In this document: positions 36,168 through 44,349 of the stretch, piece after piece
How positions within the stretch are numbered: the first letter of the stretch is position 1
How the letters are laid out: every line of letters starts with the position of its first letter
Virus record (IMG/VR): IMGVR_UViG_3300022307_000004
Coordinates: 1 to 44,497 of that record
Reading direction: 5' to 3' (one strand)
DNA length: 44,497 nt
DNA from: a virus
Taxonomy: Duplodnaviria; Caudoviricetes
Position numbers and translations under genes: made by a program
The notes under the pieces: generated by a model
Told to the model about the DNA's origin: nothing
The model's database searches: none
The model's input: only the letters and a program-made list of their open reading frames with translations

Positions 36168-36343
36168 TGGGGCAGGCAGGATTCGAACCTGCAAGGGTCT
36201 GTTTTAGTGGGGCATAATCCACCTTACGACAGCTTTACTCAAGGTTCTGAACATCCGCTTATTTATGCCGTTCACCGCAGAATACTTTCCCTATCTGTAG
36301 TACCCTAGCCGCCAAAAGCGTCTACCAGTTCCGCCACTGCCCT
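36168..36343 (-). ncRNA. tRNA-like RNA with ~100-nt structured insert replacing the anticodon loop
   Basis: Acceptor GGGCAG/CTGCCC, Leu-type D arm TGGCGGAACTGGTAGACGC, perfect T arm GCAGG-TTCGAAT-CCTGC, discriminator A, no encoded CCA. Confidence 0.8.
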
Positions 36344-36368
36344 GAGGAGTGTTTGGTGCAAGGAAACC

Positions 36369-37355
36369 TTACTTTAAGTCCAGATTCCATACTGCTTTGG
36401 ACGGCCTTTCGCTAGGATCCCAATGCTCCACTTTGAAACCTAAAGGAGCTTGAAATGCCTTTCTTAACGGATTTGGCCAGGCATTACAAAGGTCATGATA
36501 AACACAACCGAAGAACTTTGTGCAGTTCTTAGGATTGCATGGGAAAGACTTCATGACATCCTCTGAATCACTCTCAGTTGAAAGCAACTCATAGTTTTGC
36601 TCAAGCAGATCAATCCACCTATTAAGATGGACGTTCCAAGTCCTTATCTGATTAAAAGACTTGTTAACTGGAACTCGAGCGAACTCATACTTTTCAACCC
36701 TTGAGTTGTCCTTGACCTTTTTGAAAAAGGTCCCATTCATGACTACTCCCCGAACTTTCGAGGGGTCATAGTTACAGTACAACGCATGAGTATAAAGCAG
36801 TGGTTGGTGGTCAAGCTCCCATTGATCCTGCCAGGTTCTGGTGAATGAGGAGCCAGTTTTGTGCTCCATAGAGAAAATTTTGTCAGCTGTCCGGTCCTTT
36901 ATGATCGAGTCAAGACGAAAGTGCATGACACGACCATTAGGGCCAACCGGAACAGTACCGGCAATCTCAGTATGAAGGACTTCGAAATTCTCCTCATCAG
37001 CACTATACTTACCAGCATACTTTGCCAAGGCCTCAAAAGCCCTTAATGGAGTTTTGGGCGAGTAAAGATCATCCATATCAGGGTCATTAAAGGTTTCCCT
37101 GTAGGTTCTTTGAAAGAGCAAGAAGGCATCATAGAGGGAATCCTCACTGTAGCCATTCAAAAGAATATGCTCCATCGCATCATGCCAGGCCGAACCGAAC
37201 ACTAAATGATTATTAGGCCTGTCACTTCGCCAGCCAAGCATGTACTCATAGAAGAACTTTCTAGGACATTCGAGAAAAGAACCCAACTTCGAAGAATCCA
37301 GAATTTCATGAGTATGTGTTGGCAGAATAGGAAGTTCGTAGTTAAGGAAGCTCAT
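36369..37355 (-). CDS. PD-(D/E)XK nuclease, Cas4/RecB-like with Fe-S cysteines
   Basis: CPRK.FY, FGSA.H, E...G, R.D, EHKT, Q...Y and C-terminal C.....C.Y..LC. Confidence 0.85.
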   Translation of the reverse strand: MSFLNYELPILPTHTHEILDSSKLGSFLECPRKFFYEYMLGWRSDRPNNHLVFGSAWHDAMEHILLNGYSEDSLYDAFLLFQRTYRETFNDPDMDDLYSPKTPLRAFEALAKYAGKYSADEENFEVLHTEIAGTVPVGPNGRVMHFRLDSIIKDRTADKIFSMEHKTGSSFTRTWQDQWELDHQPLLYTHALYCNYDPSKVRGVVMNGTFFKKVKDNSRVEKYEFARVPVNKSFNQIRTWNVHLNRWIDLLEQNYELLSTESDSEDVMKSFPCNPKNCTKFFGCVYHDLCNAWPNPLRKAFQAPLGFKVEHWDPSERPSKAVWNLDLK

Positions 37356-37635
37356 CGTTAATTAAGTCCTCCAAAGTCTCTTCGGTTTCATCTTCAGCAG
37401 CTTCCACGGCTGAGTGCGCCCTGGCTGTTTCGTAAGAAACTGGACTGAGGTAAACCTTTTCACCTTTATCCAGCTTAATACAGATGTTTTTAATCGCCTT
37501 CAAGGTAGTCAATTTGAACACTTTAAAGTCCATGTTGACAATCTCCTCTGGGGTCATATCCTCAGCAATAAAGCAGTTGCCGAGTTTAGAAAAGATTGCA
37601 AACTTTCCATCAGGTTGTTTAACGATTTGATGCAT
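37342..37635 (-). CDS. hypothetical protein
   Basis: AAGGAG SD; IVKQPDGKFAIFS pattern. Confidence 0.7.
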   Translation of the reverse strand: MHQIVKQPDGKFAIFSKLGNCFIAEDMTPEEIVNMDFKVFKLTTLKAIKNICIKLDKGEKVYLSPVSYETARAHSAVEAAEDETEETLEDLINDELP

Positions 37636-37668
37636 GGGTTAGTTCTCCTTAGCTTGAGTTTGTCGTTA

Positions 37669-38055
37669 TTAGTGGACTGTTGGAGATATCTGTGCCGATC
37701 CTTTTGGCGCCCTAAGAACTTCTTCAAGGTCTTTCAAGACCCTAAGTTGTTCATACTTCATTTGCTCCATAGCTTCAGTCCTTGCGGTGCCCCAAATGGC
37801 ACATATAGTAGCTGAGGAGAGTTCCATGTTTTCAAGGATGAACTCAGCAAGTTCTTTTCCAGTGGAGTTTTTGGATTGAGTGAAGTCTCTTATTATCAGA
37901 CTTGCCTCAAAGCACTGGATATTCCAGTCTATATACTCCTCCTCAGTCATACTTTCCTGGGCTTTCTTGTCGTAAAAACGCATACCTTCAGGAGTTCTTA
38001 AGTAGTTCTTGAAGTCCTCTAATTCTTGTTGCGTGGTGGGTTTAAGCTTAGTCAT
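37669..38055 (-). CDS. hypothetical protein
   Basis: 128-aa ORF in the operon with GGAGG upstream. Confidence 0.65.
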   Translation of the reverse strand: MTKLKPTTQQELEDFKNYLRTPEGMRFYDKKAQESMTEEEYIDWNIQCFEASLIIRDFTQSKNSTGKELAEFILENMELSSATICAIWGTARTEAMEQMKYEQLRVLKDLEEVLRAPKGSAQISPTVH

Positions 38056-38085
38056 TTAAAGTCTGGTTCCTCCTTCTGAGTTTGT

Positions 38086-38110
38086 CCTATGGAAAATTTT
38101 TAACCATAGG
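38086..38110. repeat. 25-bp dispersed palindrome, copy 10
   Basis: CCTATGG-AAAATTTTTAA-CCATAGG. Confidence 0.95.
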
Positions 38111-38129
38111 GATTAATAAGCTACTTGGG

Positions 38130-38999
38130 TTAAAGTATTTCTATTTTTGAACAGAACTTGGGAACTTTCTTTGCACTGGTCAGTGCTTGGTAGTGAACTA
38201 TACATTCACGATTGATTAAGTTGGTGTTACGGATGCGCCAAAGCTCGTCACGAAGTTCATCATTAAGCCCTGCGGAGACGCCGAAGGACTGGCCATCATC
38301 AGAGCAGCAAATCAAAGTGCCGATGCGTCCCTTAGGAATGCCCTCATTAGAAACCTCTTCTCTCCAACCTATAATTCGGTAACGATCCTTTTTCTTGGGC
38401 TTAAACTTCATCATAAAGGTCGAGCGTTTTCTGACATAAGGAGCCTCAATGTGCCGGATTATCATTCCCTCATAACCTTGTGAGAGGAATAATTCATAGT
38501 ACCGCATGACTTCCTCAAATGAGTAGGCTAAGTAGTATGGGACAAACTTAATGATGTCAGACTTAAACTCCTGAGCTATTTTGGCTAGGTTAATTGTACG
38601 TTTGATTTGATGTGTTGATTCATCACAGTAGTCAAAAATGTGGAATTGCATGAGGTGAGAATCAGGGTGACGATTAACTGTGCGACTTACCACTGAATGA
38701 ATCTGCTCAAAAGTCCAGCCGTGACGGTAAAGTTCACCATCATACTCAAGGTTGGCAACTTTTGAAAGCCTGAGGAACTCATCCTGAATGTGCTCCATGA
38801 AGAAGATTATATCCTCTGTTGAGGAAATCAGGATGTTATTATGATTGGGAAGTTCTAACCGCCTGCTGCGTTCACCATCAAGTTTAGGATGCATGATAAC
38901 GGGCCAAGAGTTCCAAGCCATTCTGCTTGAACCCATAAGGCGCTTTTCCTCGAACGGTTGGGCTAGGAGGATTCCTGTGCGTTTTCGGTATTCTGACAT
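38130..38999 (-). CDS. lig: minimal ATP-dependent DNA ligase
   Basis: Motif I KLDGER, III YDGELY, IIIa FHIFD, IV EGMIIR, V MKFKP and C-terminal OB fold (VPKF). Confidence 0.9.
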   Translation of the reverse strand: MSEYRKRTGILLAQPFEEKRLMGSSRMAWNSWPVIMHPKLDGERSRRLELPNHNNILISSTEDIIFFMEHIQDEFLRLSKVANLEYDGELYRHGWTFEQIHSVVSRTVNRHPDSHLMQFHIFDYCDESTHQIKRTINLAKIAQEFKSDIIKFVPYYLAYSFEEVMRYYELFLSQGYEGMIIRHIEAPYVRKRSTFMMKFKPKKKDRYRIIGWREEVSNEGIPKGRIGTLICCSDDGQSFGVSAGLNDELRDELWRIRNTNLINRECIVHYQALTSAKKVPKFCSKIEIL

Positions 39000-39021
39000 T
39001 ATTAGTCCCCAGTTATTTCCC

Positions 39022-39216
39022 TTAATAGTGATTTAAAGTACTAACAACTCCACTGTGATGGATGCCGTACTGGTTAATTAAGTTGTCAAAATGTTCTTTG
39101 GAAAAGGCTGGGGAATCTCCTTGAATTTCTCGCTGCTTATTCTCAGCGGCCATTCCCATAGCTTCTATCAAAGCACAGACTGATTGGCTAAGAATATATG
39201 CAATTTCTTTATCCAT
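39022..39216 (-). CDS. hypothetical protein
   Basis: AGGAG SD; IEAMGM.AEN..R...G.S.A pattern. Confidence 0.7.
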   Translation of the reverse strand: MDKEIAYILSQSVCALIEAMGMAAENKQREIQGDSPAFSKEHFDNLINQYGIHHSGVVSTLNHY

Positions 39217-39234
39217 AAGTTAGTTTCTCCTAAG

Positions 39235-39453
39235 TTAGGCTTCTTTAACTCCTATATTTACACGAGTGAAAGGACAATCTGGTTCATCATAGTTCCAAAT
39301 AATCCTCTCAATCCTGTAAAACTTTCCATCACCAAGTCCACCAAGTCTAACCCCGCTACCTAGTGAGGGGATAAACAATGAGATCTTCTTGAGCAGGATG
39401 ATTCCTGTTTCTTCATCAATAAAGTGGATCAAAGCTTCAGGATTTAAAATCAC
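39235..39453 (-). CDS. hypothetical protein
   Basis: GAGG SD with GTG start, operon context. Confidence 0.6.
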   Translation of the reverse strand: MILNPEALIHFIDEETGIILLKKISLFIPSLGSGVRLGGLGDGKFYRIERIIWNYDEPDCPFTRVNIGVKEA

Positions 39454-39455
39454 CT

Positions 39456-39659
39456 TCAGTCCTCGTAGTCAAAGGCTTCCCTGGTGGCTTCGAGTGCTGC
39501 TATAACAGCCTCACGCTTAAAAACACATGCCCCATGTCCGAGGTCTAAGTAAACGAGGTCAGGATGCTTTGAATGGTTACTGACTTTAAGTACTTCACGT
39601 GTACTGTTTTCTACATGTTCTGTTACAGAACAGACTACTTCAATGAGAGGTATTGGCAT
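39456..39659 (-). CDS. hypothetical protein
   Basis: AAGGAG SD. Confidence 0.6.
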   Translation of the reverse strand: MPIPLIEVVCSVTEHVENSTREVLKVSNHSKHPDLVYLDLGHGACVFKREAVIAALEATREAFDYED

Positions 39660-39709
39660 TAGAGTTCTCCTTAACTGGTTTTAAAAATGTCAAATACATC
39701 CATTAGGAA

Positions 39710-39778
39710 TAAAAAAATCCAGACTCGGAGGTTATCAGACAGGAGGTTCTAATAAAGTTTGGTTCCGAGTCTGGATTT
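39710..39778 (-). terminator. long-stem, large-loop terminator
   Basis: 15-bp stem AAATCCAGACTCGGA/TCCGAGTCTGGATTT with ~34-nt loop, followed by U residues on the - strand. Confidence 0.65.
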
Positions 39779-39812
39779 AATCTTAACAGATGATAGTTTT
39801 TCGCTGGCCTTA

Positions 39813-40163
39813 TTAACCTTTGGCCGATGCAGCCAGGTCCTTCAACAGGGCCTTTGCCTCTGCCGGGTCCATGTTCTTGAGCTGAGCCTTCAGGGTGGCA
39901 ACTGGATCAATAACACGTTCAAGAGTCTGGCCGGGCTTCCAGTCAGCCATGCGAGCGGCAACGGCATCCTGATCCTTACCGTCTTCAAGCATCCGGCGCA
40001 TTGCAGCCTGGGCGGTGATCTTGGCGCTCTGTTTGAAGTTGCTGAAAACGACTTCGGCGCCGAACTTTTCCACGGCAGCGTCCAGGTTTTCTCCAAAGTC
40101 ATAGGCGATGGTAGCGACATGGGGTTCGTCATTGATGATCTTCTTTGCGGTGATTTCAGTCAT
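39813..40163 (-). CDS. probably highly expressed hypothetical protein
   Basis: Own promoter, AAGGAG SD, downstream terminator, GC3-rich codons. Confidence 0.8.
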   Translation of the reverse strand: MTEITAKKIINDEPHVATIAYDFGENLDAAVEKFGAEVVFSNFKQSAKITAQAAMRRMLEDGKDQDAVAARMADWKPGQTLERVIDPVATLKAQLKNMDPAEAKALLKDLAASAKG

Positions 40164-40240
40164 GATACTTTACTCCTTTTGTTAGTGGCATCAAGTGCCC
40201 TTTGGTTTGTGGTGCATAAGCACCATTTGAATGATGTTAC

Positions 40241-40269
40241 ATCATACCATTGATTGATGGAATTGTCAA
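40241..40269 (-). promoter_or_regulatory. sigma70-type promoter
   Basis: TTGACA-17 nt-TATGAT with extended -10 TG. Confidence 0.8.
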
Positions 40270-40316
40270 GCAGGCAATAGCTTTTTCAGTCCCATAGCGA
40301 CATTTTTATGGTGATT

Positions 40317-40341
40317 CCTTTGGAAAAAATATTTCCATAGG
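40317..40341. repeat. 25-bp dispersed palindrome, copy 11
   Basis: CCTTTGG-AAAAAATATTT-CCATAGG. Confidence 0.95.
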
Positions 40342-40347
40342 AAAGTT

Positions 40348-40659
40348 TCAATCTATTTGATCCCTCAGTTCTTGAAGCAGTCCTGGGTCAGACTTTAGAA
40401 GCTTTAGAAGTTTTTCAAAGCCTTGTCGTTTATCCTTCGCGGCTTTTGCTACGCGAGGTGGAACCTTAGTTATCATTTTCTCTGCTTCAAACCTGAGGAG
40501 CTGCAAGTCAATGTAGTCCTTTTGAAGCGCCCCTCGGAGGTTTTGAAGTTTTTGATAAATGTTGGAGTAATGTTTTAGCTCGAACAACACCTCAGTAAGC
40601 TGAGCTTTCAAGTCCTCTTCTTGTAACCTTAGTTCAGCTAAACCACTTTTATTAATCAT
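40348..40659 (-). CDS. coiled-coil hypothetical protein
   Basis: Heptad pattern, AAGGA SD. Confidence 0.65.
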   Translation of the reverse strand: MINKSGLAELRLQEEDLKAQLTEVLFELKHYSNIYQKLQNLRGALQKDYIDLQLLRFEAEKMITKVPPRVAKAAKDKRQGFEKLLKLLKSDPGLLQELRDQID

Positions 40660-40663
40660 AACA

Positions 40664-41119
40664 TTAGTCCTTTTTATTAGGAAAGCTTCTCAAGCCATCA
40701 TGCTCATCCTTAGTTCGCTTACCTGCTGAAAGATTTTGCTCAAGGAGTTGTTGTGCCTCACTCATGGCATCATCAAGGGATGGTGCGGAGAGGGCTTCAA
40801 AACTGGGGCCGGTATCACTTTTAGCATTAAGTGACTCAATGGCTAGTTGATTAGTAAGGGTTTTCAAGTTTCTCTGCTTCTTAGCTTTTGGCATAAGGTC
40901 GAATTGCTTGAGGATTTCAAGCGCCTTGGTGGTGGATGTTACTGATAAGCTTGAGTCTTGTTTAAGGAGGTTTTCCTTAAGTGCCTCAAGGCTGATGGTT
41001 ATTAAGTTATTACGACTTCCAGGCTCGATGTTATTCTTTCTGAGCCACAAGACAAGGGTGGCCACAGTCCTTAGGTCAAGCCTTACACTGGTAACAAATG
41101 AGTTAGTAGTTTTCATCAA
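40664..41119 (-). CDS. hypothetical protein, possible RHH-like N-terminus
   Basis: TSVRLD...ATL...S...LI..SL pattern; GGAGG SD. Confidence 0.6.
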   Translation of the reverse strand: MMKTTNSFVTSVRLDLRTVATLVLWLRKNNIEPGSRNNLITISLEALKENLLKQDSSLSVTSTTKALEILKQFDLMPKAKKQRNLKTLTNQLAIESLNAKSDTGPSFEALSAPSLDDAMSEAQQLLEQNLSAGKRTKDEHDGLRSFPNKKD

Positions 41120-41471
41120 ACTTCCTCCACGTACCTGCTTTTTTCGCAGCGACTTTTGCTATAGTTAGCACAATATCGAAGTCAGCCTCTAGAATATAAT
41201 CTAAGTAAAAACTTGGATACCTTAAGCAGCCGTTTGGCCAAAGTTTTTGAAGTGGGCAGTGCTTCGCACAAGCTGCGAAATTATCATCAGTTCCAGGAAA
41301 TGTATCAAAGGTATTACTGACATATTGGCAGCAGGGGCAATATAAAAAGATATCAAAATTAGTAAAGCCAAAACTTTTTAAAACCTCATGCTTTGCAAGG
41401 GTTTTTTTCCTATACATCTCCAACCACAGGGAGGCAGTTAGTTCAACTGCGGCACTTTTATTAAGTTTCAT
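41103..41471 (-). CDS. Cys-rich hypothetical protein
   Basis: CPCC...C..HCPL...W...C; GGAGG SD. Confidence 0.65.
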   Translation of the reverse strand: MKLNKSAAVELTASLWLEMYRKKTLAKHEVLKSFGFTNFDIFLYCPCCQYVSNTFDTFPGTDDNFAACAKHCPLQKLWPNGCLRYPSFYLDYILEADFDIVLTIAKVAAKKAGTWRKFDENY

Positions 41472-41718
41472 GTTTAGTAATTCCCTCCCTTAAAAAAGTT
41501 CTTTGATAAGCAATAATGCAAGCATGAAAATTGCTACTGGCCATAAGAAGGAGCAGATGTCCTCAACAAAGTTTTTCTTTTTACGCATTAGTTAAGTTTC
41601 TCCAAGTTAAAAAGCTCCTTGAAGGCAACCTTACTTTTAATTTGCTCAATATCAATAGTCATAATAAAACTCCCGCTCATGTGGTGGGCCAGCTAGTGAC
41701 CCACCACCACCAGTTTGA

Positions 41719-42231
41719 TTATTTCTTTTTAGCCTTAGCAAGGTCATTGTCAGTGATAATAATGTCCTCACCAGCATGTTCTGATGGAAGTTGAGGAACA
41801 GCCTCAGGATCAATAACTCGCAGTTCGTCCAACAACTGACGAGTAACAGGATCGGTTTTACTCAGGAGGAGCATAAACTTTATATCCTCCATCTCTTCCA
41901 TCCTCTGTCTGAGGCTGGCCCTAATGTCTGCAATAGCTGACTCACGCTTCATTCGCTCGAGGTAGTCATTAAGGTCTATTTTCCCAACTATCCACTTACT
42001 AGCCCGGTTGATAGCATCTTTTGAAAGTCCAGAGACTTTGCAAACAGTTGCTACTTTAGGAAATACCCGAGGAGGTACGCCGGTGGCTACCAGCACAGAG
42101 TCATTGACTTGGATACTGTCATCATCAGTCCAATAGGAGTATGATTTGGTGGAAGTATCAAACTCAGAATTTCTCGCACTAGAGATACTAACACTTATTG
42201 GGAACCTTACTTGAATTACTTTTCTTGGCAT
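41719..42231 (-). CDS. hypothetical phage protein
   Basis: AAGGAG SD; K.Y.Y....V.D.V.V...A.KWIVGKID pattern. Confidence 0.75.
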   Translation of the reverse strand: MPRKVIQVRFPISVSISSARNSEFDTSTKSYSYWTDDDSIQVNDSVLVATGVPPRVFPKVATVCKVSGLSKDAINRASKWIVGKIDLNDYLERMKRESAIADIRASLRQRMEEMEDIKFMLLLSKTDPVTRQLLDELRVIDPEAVPQLPSEHAGEDIIITDNDLAKAKKK

Positions 42232-42285
42232 GATGTTTCTCCTTTTGTTAAGTTATACTGCGTTAAGTTGGTTAAGGGCCTAAGT

Positions 42286-42338
42286 TTAAGAGTCCTATAA
42301 GGCACCCAAAGTTAATTGGGTGCCCTAAGGAATCTTAA
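42286..42338. other. long imperfect intergenic hairpin (RNase III site-like)
   Basis: TTAAGAGTCCT..AGGCACCCAA / TTGGGTGCC..AGGAATCTTAA. Confidence 0.55.
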
Positions 42339-42342
42339 TAGG

Positions 42343-42606
42343 TTAAAGCTCCAGTAGGCCTTGAAGGCGTTTTCTGATAATTAGCTCAATCCAACTGGAG
42401 TCGAATCTGTTCAAACGAGTGCGGAAGGCCATCCTGATTAAAAACTCACCTTCGGGGCAAACTATGTGGACTAGCGTACCTTTGTTGTTTACGAAGGCTG
42501 TCCACTTATGATAACGGCTGGCATCTTCAAGTTTCATGGCTAAGCTGGCACGAAGGTCAGCAGGGAATTTAACATACAGTTTTAGCTTCAGTTTTAGCTT
42601 CTTCAA
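42343..42606 (-). CDS. hypothetical protein
   Basis: TTG start with GGAG upstream. Confidence 0.55.
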   Translation of the reverse strand: MKKLKLKLKLYVKFPADLRASLAMKLEDASRYHKWTAFVNNKGTLVHIVCPEGEFLIRMAFRTRLNRFDSSWIELIIRKRLQGLLEL

Positions 42607-42622
42607 GGGAGGTTACTCCAGG

Positions 42623-43111
42623 TTAGTTGCAAACTATTTTTTGCTCTTTTATTTCCTTAACTATGACTTTCTCCACTACTTGACAGCTCCTGCTACTTAT
42701 AAAGTGGATGCTTAGTTCAAGTCTGAAGGTATTTTTATAGAAGTGAAAATTCCGTGTGTGATTAACTGGCTGATCCACACATCGGGCATATTTTAGTCCC
42801 AGAGCCTCTATGTGCTCAATGATGGGGATGAAGTCCTTGATGCCGTCTGAGGGGCTGCAGTAGTAATGCAAATCCGCATCGTCGCCATAAAGGAAAGTGC
42901 TGAAGGCTCGGCTGTACTTGTTATTCTGAGTGCGCCATCCAGACCAGGTGCGGCCAGCTTCAATAAGCGCAGGTAGCACGTTGTCTCTTATTTGAAGTGC
43001 TTCCCTAAGCTCGTTTAATTGCTTAAGTTGCATCTCAGCTATTTCTGCATAGATTTTAGCAGAATCCTTAACAGTTATAGTGTTTCTAATCGGTCTGTGC
43101 TTCAAGTTCAT
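42623..43111 (-). CDS. hypothetical protein
   Basis: GGAGG SD, ATGA overlap. Confidence 0.7.
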   Translation of the reverse strand: MNLKHRPIRNTITVKDSAKIYAEIAEMQLKQLNELREALQIRDNVLPALIEAGRTWSGWRTQNNKYSRAFSTFLYGDDADLHYYCSPSDGIKDFIPIIEHIEALGLKYARCVDQPVNHTRNFHFYKNTFRLELSIHFISSRSCQVVEKVIVKEIKEQKIVCN

Positions 43112-43260
43112 TTGCTTCCCTCCTTAGCTTTTTGAAGTTTAAGCAGCTCTTTTGCCCGCTGAGATTGCCACTCAAAGGCTTTTTTGCTGGTTGGCTTGAA
43201 AATCCTATGGGCAAACGTACAGGTTTGCTCTGGACAGAGAGTTGAAAAGTATGTTCTCAT
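43108..43260 (-). CDS. small hypothetical protein (50 aa)
   Basis: GGAGG SD favours the start at 43260 (MRTYFS). Confidence 0.55.
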   Translation of the reverse strand: MRTYFSTLCPEQTCTFAHRIFKPTSKKAFEWQSQRAKELLKLQKAKEGSK

Positions 43261-43270
43261 AACTTCCTCC

Positions 43271-43501
43271 TTACCAGGCTGCGTAAAGTTCCTTAACTTC
43301 TTCCCACCAGCACTTGACAGGAAAACCAGTAACACCCGCAAAGGTGCTGAGCAAGCGGATTACTTGAAGTGTGGCCCCGTCGACCATGGTATAGTATGCC
43401 AAGTCATCACTGTGCTGTGGCAGTATGAAACTTTCCATATCCGCTGCTGCCTTTTGTTGACTAAGTTTGCTTCTCTTTTGGTAATGAACTGTAGTTTTCA
43501 T
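43271..43501 (-). CDS. hypothetical protein
   Basis: AGGAGG SD. Confidence 0.65.
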   Translation of the reverse strand: MKTTVHYQKRSKLSQQKAAADMESFILPQHSDDLAYYTMVDGATLQVIRLLSTFAGVTGFPVKCWWEEVKELYAAW

Positions 43502-43541
43502 TGCTTAGTTACCTCCTGCTGTTGTTATGGTTAAGTGGTGC

Positions 43542-43607
43542 TTAATGGTTATGAAAAAGCACTTGAATGGTTAAGTGGTTGCTCAAGTGCTTTATCATAA
43601 CTGTTAA
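43542..43607. other. long imperfect intergenic hairpin (RNase III site-like)
   Basis: TTAATGGTTATGAAAAAGCACTTGA / TCAAGTGCTTTATCATAACTGTTAA. Confidence 0.6.
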
Positions 43608-43668
43608 ACGCTCAGGTGTTCAGCCTTCAACCTTAAGGTGTTGTCCATCCTCTTGCAGCTCGTAACGC

Positions 43669-43860
43669 TTACTCATTAACCCTCTCCTTTTTAGTTCTAA
43701 GTTTTTGTTTCCGGATTTTTCCACATTTGTCACAAGTTCTAGTGGCGAAACCAGGATTAATTCTTACGGTATCGTAAACTATATGTCCGTAGTTCCTTAA
43801 GCCAGAATCGCGGGGAAAATCTGAACTAATAAACTTTCCACCACATATACATTTAAGCAT
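43669..43860 (-). CDS. small zinc-ribbon-like protein
   Basis: CICGG...CDKCG; AAGGAG SD favours the start at 43860. Confidence 0.6.
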   Translation of the reverse strand: MLKCICGGKFISSDFPRDSGLRNYGHIVYDTVRINPGFATRTCDKCGKIRKQKLRTKKERVNE

Positions 43861-43910
43861 AGTTTTCTCCTTATAAGGGGCTATGCAGTTTCCCACATAG
43901 CCCTAGTTAT

Positions 43911-44132
43911 TTAACCCTCAACCTTCAAATGCTGGCCATCAGATTGTAATTGATACTTCTGCCCTAAGCCGGTTCCCAGGTGTCCGATTCCCCTGTACCG
44001 GAAACACTCATTACACATCGTAGCCCAGGGGCCGTAGATTGTCCGAGCGTCGTAGAGAAGCTTTTCTTCGGTCAGGTCCTTTTTGCAGAAGTCACATTGC
44101 TTCGTGCTTAGCCAATGAACTTTGTATTCCAT
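43911..44132 (-). CDS. small zinc-finger-like early protein (73 aa)
   Basis: CDFC...YDART..GPWA.MC.EC...G.GLGQKY; GAGG SD; lies downstream of the consensus promoter. Confidence 0.75.
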   Translation of the reverse strand: MEYKVHWLSTKQCDFCKKDLTEEKLLYDARTIYGPWATMCNECFRYRGIGHLGTGLGQKYQLQSDGQHLKVEG

Positions 44133-44202
44133 GTTGCTGGCCTCTTTGAGTTTTGGTGGCCACTGGTTGCGGCCCCCGTTGTGGTACATCAATAACAGCG
44201 TT

Positions 44203-44231
44203 ATTATAACCCGCACTGGCGGGAATGTCAA
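44203..44231 (-). promoter_or_regulatory. consensus sigma70 early promoter
   Basis: Perfect TTGACA-17 nt-TATAAT. Confidence 0.9.
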
Positions 44232-44256
44232 GTAGTGGTGGGATGATACAGTGGTG

Positions 44257-44304
44257 GTTGTAATCGTTGTAATGGTTGTAACGGTTGTAATGGTTGTAAC
44301 CCAC
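44257..44304 (-). repeat. 9-bp period iteron-like array (GTTGTAAnn x5)
   Basis: GTTGTAA at 44257, 44266, 44275, 44284 and 44293, then CCCAC; inverted relative to 162-203. Confidence 0.9.
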
Positions 44305-44349
44305 CCCCATGTGCCCCCCATAAATGTTGAAACCAAAGGTTAATTCCTT

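Noticed and set aside
36168-36343. Ordinary tRNA, group I intron-containing tRNA, tmRNA or attP
   Set aside because: No 7-nt anticodon loop; insert far too short for a self-splicing intron; no G3-U70 pair or tag ORF ending in Ala-Ala; no integrase in the genome.
5864-41590. Alternative genetic code or genome-wide recoding as the cause of split genes
   Set aside because: The breaks are frame changes, not in-frame stops, and standard code 11 gives dense, coherent gene calls. Three of the four breaks lie in short homopolymers, consistent with indel errors.
43203-43227. Additional palindrome copy starting CCTATGG
   Set aside because: Only one half-site; the spacer is not A/T-only and there is no second box.
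44133-44336. N-terminal Thr-rich extension of ORF 43911-44336 and ORF 44092-44310
   Set aside because: These are translations of the 9-bp iteron array and span the consensus promoter. The real start is most likely 44132.
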